Source of the DNA: a virus
Direction: 5' to 3' (one strand)
Length of the DNA stretch: 64,000 bases
Virus record (IMG/VR): IMGVR_UViG_3300010883_028422
Location: 32,001-96,000 of that record
Shown: positions 49,391 to 59,169 of the stretch, in pieces
Layout of the letters: every line of letters starts with the position of its first letter
Position numbering within the stretch: the first letter of the stretch is position 1
Program-made: the position numbers and the translations under genes
Notes under the pieces: generated by a model
What the model saw: only the letters and a program-made list of their open reading frames with translations
Databases searched by the model: none
Told to the model about the DNA's origin: nothing

Positions 49391-50964
49391 ATATATTTAA
49401 TTCTTCAAATAGCTCAGTATGGTCCGGTAAAGATTTTGAGCTAAAAGATAACGGAGGCTTAGTTTTAAGAAAAAAGGCATTTATAAAGCATAATGTGGGA
49501 AGCTTATCTGGTAGAAATAATTTAAAAATAATTGGTAAAAAAAGAACTGGCCCTGGAGACTTTGTGTTTAATATATTGTCTTCAGGCGGGTTGGTTTTAT
49601 TTTCTAAAAAAATATCTTTTAAAAAAAGAAGTTATTCTGAGATTTCTGTAAATTTTGATATAAATGGAGAATATGATGGTTGCAGCATAATAATTGAAAA
49701 GGACCAGAAATCATTTGGAACTATAGAAGTGTCAAAGATTTCAATTTCAAACATTTCTGGCAAGCCTTTGGGTAGTTCTTCAAAAGATAGCAAGGTTGTT
49801 ATGAAGAATAGCTTAAGGCAAAATATAAAGAAAAAAATGTCATATTTTAATGATATTTCCAAAAGAAAAGTAGCCTTTATAATTCCATATTCCATATATG
49901 GTGGTGCTGAAGTTTATTTAAAAAATATTATCAATAATTTAGATAATAATATTTATAATATAACAATATTATATATGAAAAAAAATATTTTAAGTAACTT
50001 TATAACAAATAAAAATGTAAAGCACGTTGATGCAAAAACACACGATCATTTAAGAAGCCTTCTTATCGCAAATAATTATAATTATTTAATATTTTATAAT
50101 AGTTATAATGTATATAACACAATAAAGCGCGTTGTTGAGCCAGAGCTAGTAGACAGCTTCATATATGAAATATATCATAGTGATTTTGTATGGAGTGATG
50201 CATTATCTGCAAGAAAAAGTCGAGATGGATTTTCTGGGTTAATATCTATATCAGAAAATTTAGGAAATAATATTAAAAATATTAATTCAAGGCATGTTGT
50301 GCCCGTTGGCATTGATTTAGATTTATTTAAAAAATACAATAAAAAGATATTATATAATTCTAAAAAAATAAATGTTGATAGAAGAATTTTGGTTGGAGTG
50401 AAGCCAACAATAGGCGTTGTTTCTAGATTGTCAAAAGAAAAAAATGTTGGGTATATATTAGATTTGGCAAAGATTATGTTAAATTATCAGTTTATAATAG
50501 TTGGCGATGGTCCGGAAAAAAATAATCTTATAAAGAGTTGCGCAGACAGGGGGATTAAAAATGTAATTTTTGCCGGATATGTTAAAAATACACATGATTA
50601 TTATAATATATTTGACGCATTTGTTTTGCCAACAAAATGTTCTGAGGGCACGCCAATTTCCATATTAGAGGCTATGGCGTGCAGTGTTCCTATTTTTACA
50701 ACAAATTATGGAAATATAAAAGACTTTGTTTTTAATAATTCAAATGGATTTATTATATCATTAAATGCAGATGAAGATTCAAGGTTGATAATTGAAAATT
50801 TTAAAAATAAAGATGTTGTTTCTAATGCTAAAAAGTATGTAGTTAAAAATCATGATATAGGCACCACGTGTGAAGAGTTTTCTTCGATACTTTTGTCAAA
50901 CGGAAGTTTCCATAAAAAAGATAGAAATTCGAGTAGTTTGTTGGTAACAGGTTATTATGCGTAA
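49387..50964 (+). CDS. GT4-like glycosyltransferase with an extra N-terminal beta-rich domain
   Basis: ATGA overlap at 49387. GGAEVY, VSRLSKEKN, IVGDGPE, SEGTPISILEAMAC. Confidence 0.9.
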   Translation: MNIFNSSNSSVWSGKDFELKDNGGLVLRKKAFIKHNVGSLSGRNNLKIIGKKRTGPGDFVFNILSSGGLVLFSKKISFKKRSYSEISVNFDINGEYDGCSIIIEKDQKSFGTIEVSKISISNISGKPLGSSSKDSKVVMKNSLRQNIKKKMSYFNDISKRKVAFIIPYSIYGGAEVYLKNIINNLDNNIYNITILYMKKNILSNFITNKNVKHVDAKTHDHLRSLLIANNYNYLIFYNSYNVYNTIKRVVEPELVDSFIYEIYHSDFVWSDALSARKSRDGFSGLISISENLGNNIKNINSRHVVPVGIDLDLFKKYNKKILYNSKKINVDRRILVGVKPTIGVVSRLSKEKNVGYILDLAKIMLNYQFIIVGDGPEKNNLIKSCADRGIKNVIFAGYVKNTHDYYNIFDAFVLPTKCSEGTPISILEAMACSVPIFTTNYGNIKDFVFNNSNGFIISLNADEDSRLIIENFKNKDVVSNAKKYVVKNHDIGTTCEEFSSILLSNGSFHKKDRNSSSLLVTGYYA

Positions 50965-52066
50965 AGTTGTAAATTTTCATGGAATTGGCAGGCCCGGAAG
51001 TGGTTATGGTGACGCGTGTATAAATATAGCAAAGGCATTTAGTTTGACCAATATAGATTTAAATTTTAATTTATCAAAGTTTAAAACTATAGCGGAATCA
51101 GCGAAACTTAAGTCTTGCGATGCTGTTGGTGACATAAATTTTTATGTTGGTCCGCCACCATACAAGAATATGTCTGAAGATAAATACAATATAATACATT
51201 TTTACTGGGAGGCGGATCGGCTGCCACCTTACTGGGGGAGGTTCATACTTAAGGCGGATGAAATCTGGGCCCCATGCAAGCTTGTCGAGTCTGCATGCAG
51301 AAGGGCTGGATTTTCTAAAAAAATTAGAATAATTCCAACTCCATATGATAAGTTTGCGAATAGCAAGGGTTATACTTTGGATATACCATCTGAAATTTCT
51401 GATAAATATTTTGTTGGTGATAATGTATTTAAATTTTATTCTATATTCCAATGGCACCATAGAAAGGGGCCAGATGTATTGCTAAATTCTTACTGGAAGA
51501 CGTTTGGTAGACACGATAATGTTATTTTGATATTGAAAGTTAATGCTTTAAATCTACCTGGATATACTATTGATGATATAAAGAGCGATATATCAAGTAT
51601 AAAAATAAAACTAAATTTAAATTACTATTCTCCAGTTTATGTGATTGATTCAATTTTGCCGAAGAAGTATATTGGAGCCTTACATAATTATTCAGATTGC
51701 TATATATCGCCACATAGAGGAGAGGGCTGGGGCATGCCAATAGGTGATGCTATTTCTTATAAAAATCCAGTAATTATAACAAAATATGGTGGAATATCTG
51801 ATTATTTAAATCAAAGTAATTCTGCTATAATAAAGCATAGACTAACACATGTTAAAAATATGTCTTGGTCTCCAAATATTTATAATAAATCACAAAGATG
51901 GGCTGAGCCGAGCGTGAATTCTGCATCTGAATTAATGCGTGATGTTTATGAAAATTTTGATAAATATAAAATAAAGGCAGGCAGGGCTCACTCTATAATT
52001 AGTGGGTTTTCTATAGATAGTGTTTCAAAAATTATTAGTGAGCATATATGTCAAATAAAATTATAA
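50957..52066 (+). CDS. GT4-like glycosyltransferase
   Basis: SGYG, WHHRKGPDVLL, SPHRGEGWGMPIGDA. Confidence 0.9.
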   Translation: MRKVVNFHGIGRPGSGYGDACINIAKAFSLTNIDLNFNLSKFKTIAESAKLKSCDAVGDINFYVGPPPYKNMSEDKYNIIHFYWEADRLPPYWGRFILKADEIWAPCKLVESACRRAGFSKKIRIIPTPYDKFANSKGYTLDIPSEISDKYFVGDNVFKFYSIFQWHHRKGPDVLLNSYWKTFGRHDNVILILKVNALNLPGYTIDDIKSDISSIKIKLNLNYYSPVYVIDSILPKKYIGALHNYSDCYISPHRGEGWGMPIGDAISYKNPVIITKYGGISDYLNQSNSAIIKHRLTHVKNMSWSPNIYNKSQRWAEPSVNSASELMRDVYENFDKYKIKAGRAHSIISGFSIDSVSKIISEHICQIKL

Positions 52067-53004
52067 TTGCCGATTGGCTTGTGCACGGAGGACATCAGTA
52101 TGAGTTTTTCAAAACTGGTCCTAAATTTTTTTGTACAAAATTAGATTCGAAACCTCCAAAGTCAGGTGACTTTGGAAGACCTGTTTTTTCAAATAAAAAA
52201 GTTAATATGGTTGCGGAATATGAAAAAAATTTATTATCTAAAAATTTTGATATAATAATGGTCAGAGCTGGTGTGACTCCAGGTCGCTACAATGCACTTC
52301 AAGATAAAAAAAGAAGAACGCCGGGTATTGCGGTTATACAAACTGTCTCTAAGCATCCCGATTCGAGCTTTCCAATCCCAAGTTGGGCGAGGGTTGTTGT
52401 TTGGAATTCAAAATATGTAATGGATCAAAATTATAAAAATCTTCCGGGCAAAAAACATTTGTATATTCCACATGGATTTGACCCAAGTGAATTTTGCAAT
52501 ATGAATACTATTCGTAATGAAAGGATTCTATCTGTATCTAGTGTTTTTCAAAAAAGAGGGACGATTCTTGGGTTTGATGACTGGAGATTTGTGTCTAATG
52601 AGACCAGATTGTGTGACTTAATTGGACATGGTGATGAAAGGCTTCGTGAGTCTATAGGCACATTTTCATTGAATAAATTAGTTAAAAAATATAACGAGTA
52701 CAGTGTGTTTTTAAATACAACAAAAAGGAGCGCCATGCCGCGTGCGAGAGCTGAGGCTCTTATGTGTGGTACACCAATTGTTACAACTAATAATTATGAT
52801 ATAGGCAGATATCTCAGAGATGGGAAGGATTGTTTGTTTGCGGATAATAAAGAGGATATGATCAAATGCGTGAGAAAAGTTTTGAGATCTAAAAATCTAC
52901 AGAGAGAGCTTAGCAGTCATGGTCGGGCGAGAGCTATAAAATTCTTTGGGATAAAATCCTATAAGAATCGATGGCAAGAGGCCTTTTATGAGTCAACAAA
53001 ATGA
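52048..53004 (+). CDS. GT-B glycosyltransferase
   Basis: YIPHGFD, KRG, AMPRARAEALMCGTPIVTT. The first Glu of the E-x7-E motif is not conserved. Confidence 0.8.
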   Translation: MSNKIIIADWLVHGGHQYEFFKTGPKFFCTKLDSKPPKSGDFGRPVFSNKKVNMVAEYEKNLLSKNFDIIMVRAGVTPGRYNALQDKKRRTPGIAVIQTVSKHPDSSFPIPSWARVVVWNSKYVMDQNYKNLPGKKHLYIPHGFDPSEFCNMNTIRNERILSVSSVFQKRGTILGFDDWRFVSNETRLCDLIGHGDERLRESIGTFSLNKLVKKYNEYSVFLNTTKRSAMPRARAEALMCGTPIVTTNNYDIGRYLRDGKDCLFADNKEDMIKCVRKVLRSKNLQRELSSHGRARAIKFFGIKSYKNRWQEAFYESTK

Positions 53005-53879
53005 GAGTTTTATGCATTGTTGATTCTTACAGGTGGGCCCTATATAATAGAGCTATTAATTTAAAAAAACATTTTCAAAATTATAATTTTGATATTATTC
53101 ATTTTGAAAAAATTGAATCAGTTAATTTTAATAATTATGATGTAATATATATTTTAAATTGGCCAATTTGGCCATTTGTGAAGCATAAGGTTAGTAGAAG
53201 TCGGAGGTATAGGTTGGTGACAACTGTTTGTAGCCATGTTGGTCGTTCCCACGCAAGAGATATGGGGCGTATATTTAATAACTTTGATAAGATAAGCACA
53301 TCTAATGACTTCTTATATGAAGAATTTAAGCCTGTTTATAAGAGCAAGGTAATAAACGCCCCATTCGGAGTGGATGGTGATTTATTTGTTAAAAAAACTA
53401 TGCCTTCGAATTATAATTATATATTTGGATGGGTAGGCAACCCAGATAGATCTGTAAAAAGGTTTAATGATATAAAAGAGGTGTTTGGCAACCTTGGTGA
53501 TAAGTACAGATTAAAGGTAGCAACTAATAAGAGCAGGTTTGGTAGAGCTAAAATGGTTGATTTTTATAATTCTGTAGGTACAGTTATATGCTTTAGTGAT
53601 AGCGAAGGAACTCCGAACCCCATGCTTGAGGCTGCAGCCTGTGGCCGGGCTATAATATCAACTAGAGTTGGTTGTGTCCCGAGTCTTTGTAAGGGGTTGG
53701 GCGTAAATATATTTGTAAAAAATGCTTCAGATCTTAAAAGTAAAATTATTAGTTATAGCGCAAGTCCAAAGGGAATAAACTTGATTGGAAGCTCTTTGGA
53801 TAAAATAGCGCACGATGAGTGGTCTTGGAGAGATAGGGCTGTTGAATTCGATAAGCTATTTAAAGGTGGTCGGACATGA
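53001..53879 (+). CDS. GT4-like glycosyltransferase
   Basis: PFGVD, GWVGN, SEGTPNPMLEAAACGRAIISTRVG. Confidence 0.88.
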   Translation: MRVLCIVDSYRWALYNRAINLKKHFQNYNFDIIHFEKIESVNFNNYDVIYILNWPIWPFVKHKVSRSRRYRLVTTVCSHVGRSHARDMGRIFNNFDKISTSNDFLYEEFKPVYKSKVINAPFGVDGDLFVKKTMPSNYNYIFGWVGNPDRSVKRFNDIKEVFGNLGDKYRLKVATNKSRFGRAKMVDFYNSVGTVICFSDSEGTPNPMLEAAACGRAIISTRVGCVPSLCKGLGVNIFVKNASDLKSKIISYSASPKGINLIGSSLDKIAHDEWSWRDRAVEFDKLFKGGRT

Positions 53880-55003
53880 AAATAGGCCTATTACGCCCAC
53901 CCGCTGGGATTGGCGGGGCAGAAGCTACAATGATAGAGTTATATCAAACGCTCAAGGAGCATGGAGAGGATGCCTGGATAGCTTTTGATTCGAGCAAGAA
54001 GGGCATATTTGCTGATTTTATAAACAAGGATCTGTTTGAGAAAAAATTTGAAAGATTGTCTGGATTGAATATATCAAAAGAACAGTTTTCTGAAGAATAT
54101 GTTTTAAAAAACATTATAGATTCAGATGCGCTTATTCTTTTGCAATATAGAGCTTTTCCCGAAAGAATTCGCACTAAAGTAAAAAGTTCTAAGGCCGATG
54201 TGTACATATATGTTCCTGGGAAAAATACACCCCATGTGACCGTTCCAATGGAGGATGGGCTAAAAGTTAAGGCTTTTTTGTTTAATTCAAAAGAAACTCT
54301 AAAATATCATTTGAATATAAAGTATTCAAAAGACCCTTATGCGGATGGGTTGATAAAGAAGAAGTTTAGGCATGCCCACCCGCCCTTATTTTTGGGGAAT
54401 TATACAGAGGTTAACAAAGTAGACTACAAGACTTATAGGTTTCAGCATTTTAAAATAAAGAAAAGTGAGTTCTCCATTGGAGTCGTGGGGAGAATCCAGC
54501 CGTCAAAGCGCCCATTTGAAGCTTTAGATATATTTAAAAAATTAGAAAAACATTATAATTATGATGCTTTTCCAAGAAAATTATATTTCTATGGGGGAGG
54601 GGCCAAAGAGTATGTAGCTGAGGTTAAGCAATATGCAAAAAAATTAAAAATAGAGCACAAGGTGGTCTTTTGTGGGTTTTCCCCGGATGTACGATTTCGT
54701 ATAAAATCTATGGATTCTATTTTGCATTGTTGTGTAATGGAATCGTTGTCTAGAGGTATACGAGAGGCCATGGTCTTAAAAACACCCGTGGTGGCGTATG
54801 ATGGGTTTGGCAATAGGAGCTTGCTAGGGGGGCAGTCTGGGCGCCTTCTCTATTCTAACGCTGATCAAGCGTCCATAATCTTGTTGAAAATCGGAACAAG
54901 TGGCAAAGTTAAGAGGCAGTTCTCTACTTCAGTTTATAATGATATTATAAATATAGAAAAAAAACTTGGAAGAAATTACTTGGATCTTTTATATGAAAAA
55001 TAA
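53876..55003 (+). CDS. GT4-like glycosyltransferase
   Basis: GGAE, VGRIQPSKR, MESLSRGIREAMVLKTPVV. Confidence 0.88.
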   Translation: MKIGLLRPPAGIGGAEATMIELYQTLKEHGEDAWIAFDSSKKGIFADFINKDLFEKKFERLSGLNISKEQFSEEYVLKNIIDSDALILLQYRAFPERIRTKVKSSKADVYIYVPGKNTPHVTVPMEDGLKVKAFLFNSKETLKYHLNIKYSKDPYADGLIKKKFRHAHPPLFLGNYTEVNKVDYKTYRFQHFKIKKSEFSIGVVGRIQPSKRPFEALDIFKKLEKHYNYDAFPRKLYFYGGGAKEYVAEVKQYAKKLKIEHKVVFCGFSPDVRFRIKSMDSILHCCVMESLSRGIREAMVLKTPVVAYDGFGNRSLLGGQSGRLLYSNADQASIILLKIGTSGKVKRQFSTSVYNDIINIEKKLGRNYLDLLYEK

Positions 55004-55892
55004 AAAAAGAATATTATTAATCCCTGACGTGAGGGGCTGGGCCTATGACGTTATAGCGCAAAGTATCATGAAGTTTTCAAAAAAATATGATTATGATATA
55101 TTTTATGAAGCAAATATTGGCTCAAAAAAGCTTAGCTTTGAAGGATATGATGCCGTATATTGGTTTTATTGGGGGAATATAGAAAGATATGAAAAGCTAA
55201 TTGCCGGGTTTGATCGTAATAAAATTATAGCTGGAATTCATAGCTATAATTCATGGCAAAAGAGAGGTATGTCATCAGTGGATGTCATTAGACATTGCAA
55301 AAGGTATGCAAAAATCGCAGTTCCTTCATATACTTTGGCAAAAGATTTGAACATTCCGTCCCGCCACGTTGTTCACTCTGGGTATAGATCGAGAATATTT
55401 AAGCCACTTGGAACCAAAGAGGGAGGGCCGTTTATGTGGGTTGGAAATACAAGTTCCGCAAATCATGGAAGAATAAAGGGGTATGACTCTGTAATAAGGC
55501 CTTTATTTGAGAGTCGAAAGGATATTTCACTTATAACTCAAACAAGAGATCGTGCAATCAAAAATTATAAAATGCCAGAATTTTACAAGAGAGGCTCGTA
55601 TTTAATTTGCGCTTCACAAAGTGAGGGTGGCCCACTACCTGTTTTGGAAGCGCTGGCGTGCGGGATCCCAGTTATAACAACAGATGTTGGCTGGTGTAAA
55701 TATTTAATAAAGGACGGAGAGAACGGATATAAGTTTGATGGAACTCCGGCGGATCTTTCGAGAAAAATAGATAAAATTATGAAAAAAAATTACAAAGAAA
55801 TGTCGTTGTCTGCCGCTAAAAGCGTTAGGGGGTATTCGTGGAAAAAGATCATAGGGCAGCACGAAAGAATGTTTGGATTGGTTGCAAAATAA
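54993..55892 (+). CDS. GT4-like glycosyltransferase
   Basis: ATG 54993 is the likelier start. WVGN, KG, SQSEGGPLPVLEALACGIPVITTDVG. Confidence 0.9.
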   Translation: MKNKKRILLIPDVRGWAYDVIAQSIMKFSKKYDYDIFYEANIGSKKLSFEGYDAVYWFYWGNIERYEKLIAGFDRNKIIAGIHSYNSWQKRGMSSVDVIRHCKRYAKIAVPSYTLAKDLNIPSRHVVHSGYRSRIFKPLGTKEGGPFMWVGNTSSANHGRIKGYDSVIRPLFESRKDISLITQTRDRAIKNYKMPEFYKRGSYLICASQSEGGPLPVLEALACGIPVITTDVGWCKYLIKDGENGYKFDGTPADLSRKIDKIMKKNYKEMSLSAAKSVRGYSWKKIIGQHERMFGLVAK

Positions 55893-56008
55893 TGTTTATT
55901 TTTGTATATAGTTATGAAAAATATGGCTCGTTGCGCTCATATATGGGCTTAGGGCGGGTGGCTTATGCGGCCAGAGAGGTTGATGTGATGGTTCGAGATG
56001 GCGAATAA
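55892..56008 (+). CDS. Possible 38-aa ORF (MFIFVYSYEKYGSLRSYMGLGRVAYAAREVDVMVRDGE)
   Basis: Starts in a TAATG overlap with the GT stop and fills the gap to the next gene. No motif. Confidence 0.3.
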   Translation: MFIFVYSYEKYGSLRSYMGLGRVAYAAREVDVMVRDGE

Positions 56009-56684
56009 GCGTGGCAATGATTTTCAAAAATTATGGACAAGGGAGGATGGAATGTTTGAATTTAGAATAGATGATGAATTCAAGCACTTTGCTGATCTTC
56101 AGATAACGCAACTTGTGGATGACCCAGAATTTTACCTCAAAATGAGCAGGTCAGAGTATAAGGCTATTAGGAAGCATATAGGAAAGCCTAAGAAGATTTT
56201 AGATCTCGGTTGCGGGCTCGGCAGGATGTCTGTGTTTTTAAATTATAAATTAAGCCAAGAACATAGGCGCTCTGCGCATTTTATTTTAGCAGATGTGACT
56301 AAAGAAAGTGATAAAATTGAATATGGCTGGGATCCGGATAACTCATATTATAATAATCTTGATCTTACGGCCAAATTCGCACAACTTCATGGCCTCAGTA
56401 ATTTTAGGACATTTAATCTTTTGACTGAAGACTTAAATATACATCATAATATTGACTTAGTCATGTCATATTTGGCGGTAGGATTTCATTACCCCATAGA
56501 GCAATATATGAAGACTCTTCTTAACATAACATCTTATCATTGTGTTATGATCTTTGGAGTAAGAAAGGGGCAATATAATTTGGATGATTATAAAAAGCAT
56601 TTTTCTAGTGTTTTAATAGAAAAAAATACTATAGACACAAGAGAGGAGATCTTAGTTTTAAAAGGAAAAAGAAATTGTAGTTAA
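55998..56684 (+). CDS. Class I SAM-dependent methyltransferase
   Basis: Motif I ILDLGCGLG, later DLVMSYLAVGFH. Confidence 0.85.
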   Translation: MANKRGNDFQKLWTREDGMFEFRIDDEFKHFADLQITQLVDDPEFYLKMSRSEYKAIRKHIGKPKKILDLGCGLGRMSVFLNYKLSQEHRRSAHFILADVTKESDKIEYGWDPDNSYYNNLDLTAKFAQLHGLSNFRTFNLLTEDLNIHHNIDLVMSYLAVGFHYPIEQYMKTLLNITSYHCVMIFGVRKGQYNLDDYKKHFSSVLIEKNTIDTREEILVLKGKRNCS

Positions 56685-56702
56685 TGTTTAAAGTTATAGA
56701 TT

Positions 56703-57671
56703 ATGAGTAAAAAGTCAAAATTATATAAGAAATCAACTTCGCGTAAGAAGCCAATCTCAACTTCGCGTAAGAAGCCAATCTCAATTTCGCGTAAAAAGTC
56801 AACTTCCAGAAGATTAAGGGGAAATCACATAGGTATATTGTGTCCGCCAAGATCTGGGTCAACATTGTTATCTTTGATTTTGGGAGCTCATAGTGATATT
56901 ACAAATTTTGGAGAAAGTCACTGGATTGTTAAAGATGTCATTGGTCGGGATGGATGCATTGATAATGGATGCCGGGTTCATGGGAGAGCTTGTTATGTAA
57001 TAAATAAAATTAAAAAGTCAATGAATTCAAATAATCATTTAAGCTTACTATGTAAACACTCAGATACATCTTTTATATGTACATCAAATAAAAGCTGGAA
57101 GCTTTATGCGGGTATGGATATTGACTTGGTTAATAATAAGTTTATTATCCTGTATAAGCCGCTGGAGGTGTGGGTGGGCTCCTTCATAGGCACAGTGAAA
57201 ATTAAAAAAATGCCAAAAAATAAAATTCGTGCAGTTCAATATTTATTACAAATATATGAGGATTATTATAATGAAATATTTAATTTAATAGAAAGCGGAG
57301 TTATAAAGAATGATCAATATATTGTTGTTAATTACATGTCTTTTGCAAAGTCTCCAAAATTAGTTATGAAGGATATTTGTAATTTTTTAAAAATACCATA
57401 TCAAGGCAATATGTTATTATTTAATGATTATTTTATATCCAAGGATCCGAACCAGCACCCAATAGGTGGTAATTATAACACTTATTGCCCTAAGGCACAG
57501 ATTAATTCTTCGGTTATTACAGATAGATACAAAAAAGATTTTAACAATATATATATGGAGGATAAGCATGTTGGTATCCTTGGAGAGAGTTTGATTAATT
57601 TAATAAAAAAAAATAAAAGATATAAATTTATAATTAATAAATTAATATCATTAAATAGTGTTAGAGGCTAG
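56703..57671 (+). CDS. Sulfotransferase-family protein with a basic repetitive N-terminus
   Basis: GILCPPRSGSTLL matches the 5'-PSB (PAPS-binding) loop. VVNYMSFAKSPKLVMKDICNFLKIPY matches the family C-terminal motif. Confidence 0.75.
   Translation: MSKKSKLYKKSTSRKKPISTSRKKPISISRKKSTSRRLRGNHIGILCPPRSGSTLLSLILGAHSDITNFGESHWIVKDVIGRDGCIDNGCRVHGRACYVINKIKKSMNSNNHLSLLCKHSDTSFICTSNKSWKLYAGMDIDLVNNKFIILYKPLEVWVGSFIGTVKIKKMPKNKIRAVQYLLQIYEDYYNEIFNLIESGVIKNDQYIVVNYMSFAKSPKLVMKDICNFLKIPYQGNMLLFNDYFISKDPNQHPIGGNYNTYCPKAQINSSVITDRYKKDFNNIYMEDKHVGILGESLINLIKKNKRYKFIINKLISLNSVRG
56733..56810 (+). repeat. 24-bp tandem duplication plus degenerate copies encoding STSRKKPI-STSRKKPI-SISRKK-STSR
   Basis: TCAACTTCGCGTAAGAAGCCAATC occurs twice exactly (56733-56780), followed by two partial copies. 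Confidence 0.95.
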
Positions 57672-57673
57672 TT

Positions 57674-58324
57674 ATGAATAAAAAAGACAAAGAAAAAATA
57701 GTAACTTTTTGGAATGTTGGCTCGTTAGAAGAGGCGAAATATGATAGGGTTTCCACAAGAAAGGAAGAGAGAAAGGCTGTTAATGCTTTTGATGCTTCAG
57801 TTGTTAACTCTTTGATTACAGATCATATTTTAAAACATAAAAGAAATATTACAAAGAAAGATAGAGTTTTGGACTTTGGGTGCGGTGTAGGAAGAATCCT
57901 CAAGGGATTTCATAAGTTTGAATCACAAGTTTATGGAACAGATATTTCTGAGAACATGTTATCTTTCTGCAAAGAAGAATTGGGCAGTTTTAAAGTTAAT
58001 TTAAAAAAATGCAATGTTGGAAGTGTTCCCTTTGGGGATGATTTTTTTGATATAATTTATTCATTTCATGTTCTTCAGCATATTGCAACAAAAAAGCTTT
58101 TGATAAATACTTTGCGTGAAATTTACAGAACACAAAAGCCGGGCGGAATAGCTGTTTTGCATTTTATAAGAAAAGTTTCAGAAAGCGATAAAGAATTTGG
58201 TGGATTTGCCGGATTTAGACCAAGCAGGGATACTGCGGTGAAAATTTGTAAGAAAATAGGGTACGAGCTGATAGACATTGACGCAGTAGAGGGTGGGGCC
58301 TTTATATTGCATTTGCGAAAGTAA
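57674..58324 (+). CDS. Class I SAM-dependent methyltransferase (type 11-like)
   Basis: VLDFGCGVGRI, GTDISENML, FDIIYSFHVLQH, KPGG. Confidence 0.92.
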   Translation: MNKKDKEKIVTFWNVGSLEEAKYDRVSTRKEERKAVNAFDASVVNSLITDHILKHKRNITKKDRVLDFGCGVGRILKGFHKFESQVYGTDISENMLSFCKEELGSFKVNLKKCNVGSVPFGDDFFDIIYSFHVLQHIATKKLLINTLREIYRTQKPGGIAVLHFIRKVSESDKEFGGFAGFRPSRDTAVKICKKIGYELIDIDAVEGGAFILHLRK

Positions 58325-58339
58325 AGCTGTGAGGTGGAT

Positions 58340-58417
58340 GTGAAATTAAATTTAGGTAGTGCCAGGCAAAGATTTGAGGGTCTTAAGGGCATAGACCATA
58401 GGAAGATAGTAAAATAA
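58340..58417 (+). pseudogene. 25-codon remnant resembling a methyltransferase N-terminus (MKLNLGSARQRFEGLKGIDHRKIVK)
   Basis: GAGG RBS, GTG start, stop overlapping the next ATG (TAATG). KLNLGS...G..GID is SAM motif I/II-like. Confidence 0.5.
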
Positions 58418-59142
58418 TGAAGCTAATTTTGGTATTTACGACAGGAAGAAGCGGCACTGCCTTTTTATCACAGGCTTTTGGCGGGGCAAGGTTTCAAAAA
58501 AAGAAGATCCATCAGGCAGTAGGTGCTGATGCCCTAGTCACTCATGAGGGTTGGGGCGGAATTCCGGTTTCGAAGCTTAAGGGCCAAAATGATCTCTCAA
58601 GTCATAGCTCTGCCAAGATAGTTGATAAATATTTAAATAACATGATTATTAAGTCAAAGAGTGAATATCCTATGGCAGAAAAATATTTAGTTACTGACCA
58701 TAGAGTTGGGCGATATTGCATACCGTCAATAGAGAGTACCAATATAGATTATCAGGTTATTAGATTATTTAGAGATCATAAAGATGTCGCAAGCTCTTTT
58801 TTGAGGAGGGTGAGGAAAAGGAGGTCCGAATACACTAAGGCTGAATTTTTAAAGTTTTATAACGAAATTTGGAGTCATAGTTTTTATCAACCAAATGATG
58901 AGTTTGTTATTAATAAAATTTCAAATGATATATGGGATAATATAAGCATGTATGATAAATTTTTATGGTATTCTAAAGAGGTTGATGCACAATGGTCTGA
59001 GGTTAAAAAGATACTTCCTAGAAACAAGTATCTAGAGGTAACTTTTGATGAAATTATTAAGCCAGTTGGGCTTAACAAAGTAATGAGATTTATAGAGATT
59101 CCTTGGTCAAAAAAATGGGCTGAAATAAGGGCAAATGGGTGA
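58417..59142 (+). CDS. Sulfotransferase-like (P-loop) protein
   Basis: VFTTGRSGTAFL PSB-like loop, VIRLFRD, YLEVTFDEI. Confidence 0.65.
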   Translation: MKLILVFTTGRSGTAFLSQAFGGARFQKKKIHQAVGADALVTHEGWGGIPVSKLKGQNDLSSHSSAKIVDKYLNNMIIKSKSEYPMAEKYLVTDHRVGRYCIPSIESTNIDYQVIRLFRDHKDVASSFLRRVRKRRSEYTKAEFLKFYNEIWSHSFYQPNDEFVINKISNDIWDNISMYDKFLWYSKEVDAQWSEVKKILPRNKYLEVTFDEIIKPVGLNKVMRFIEIPWSKKWAEIRANG

Positions 59143-59169
59143 TGCAGTGTTTTGGATTTGGTGTTTGAT

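Noticed and set aside
48299-55892. GTs as T4-like DNA glucosyltransferases
   Set aside because: Not excluded, but disfavoured: no hydroxymethylase or other nucleotide-modification gene is nearby, there are many GT4-type paralogs, and they adjoin structural genes.
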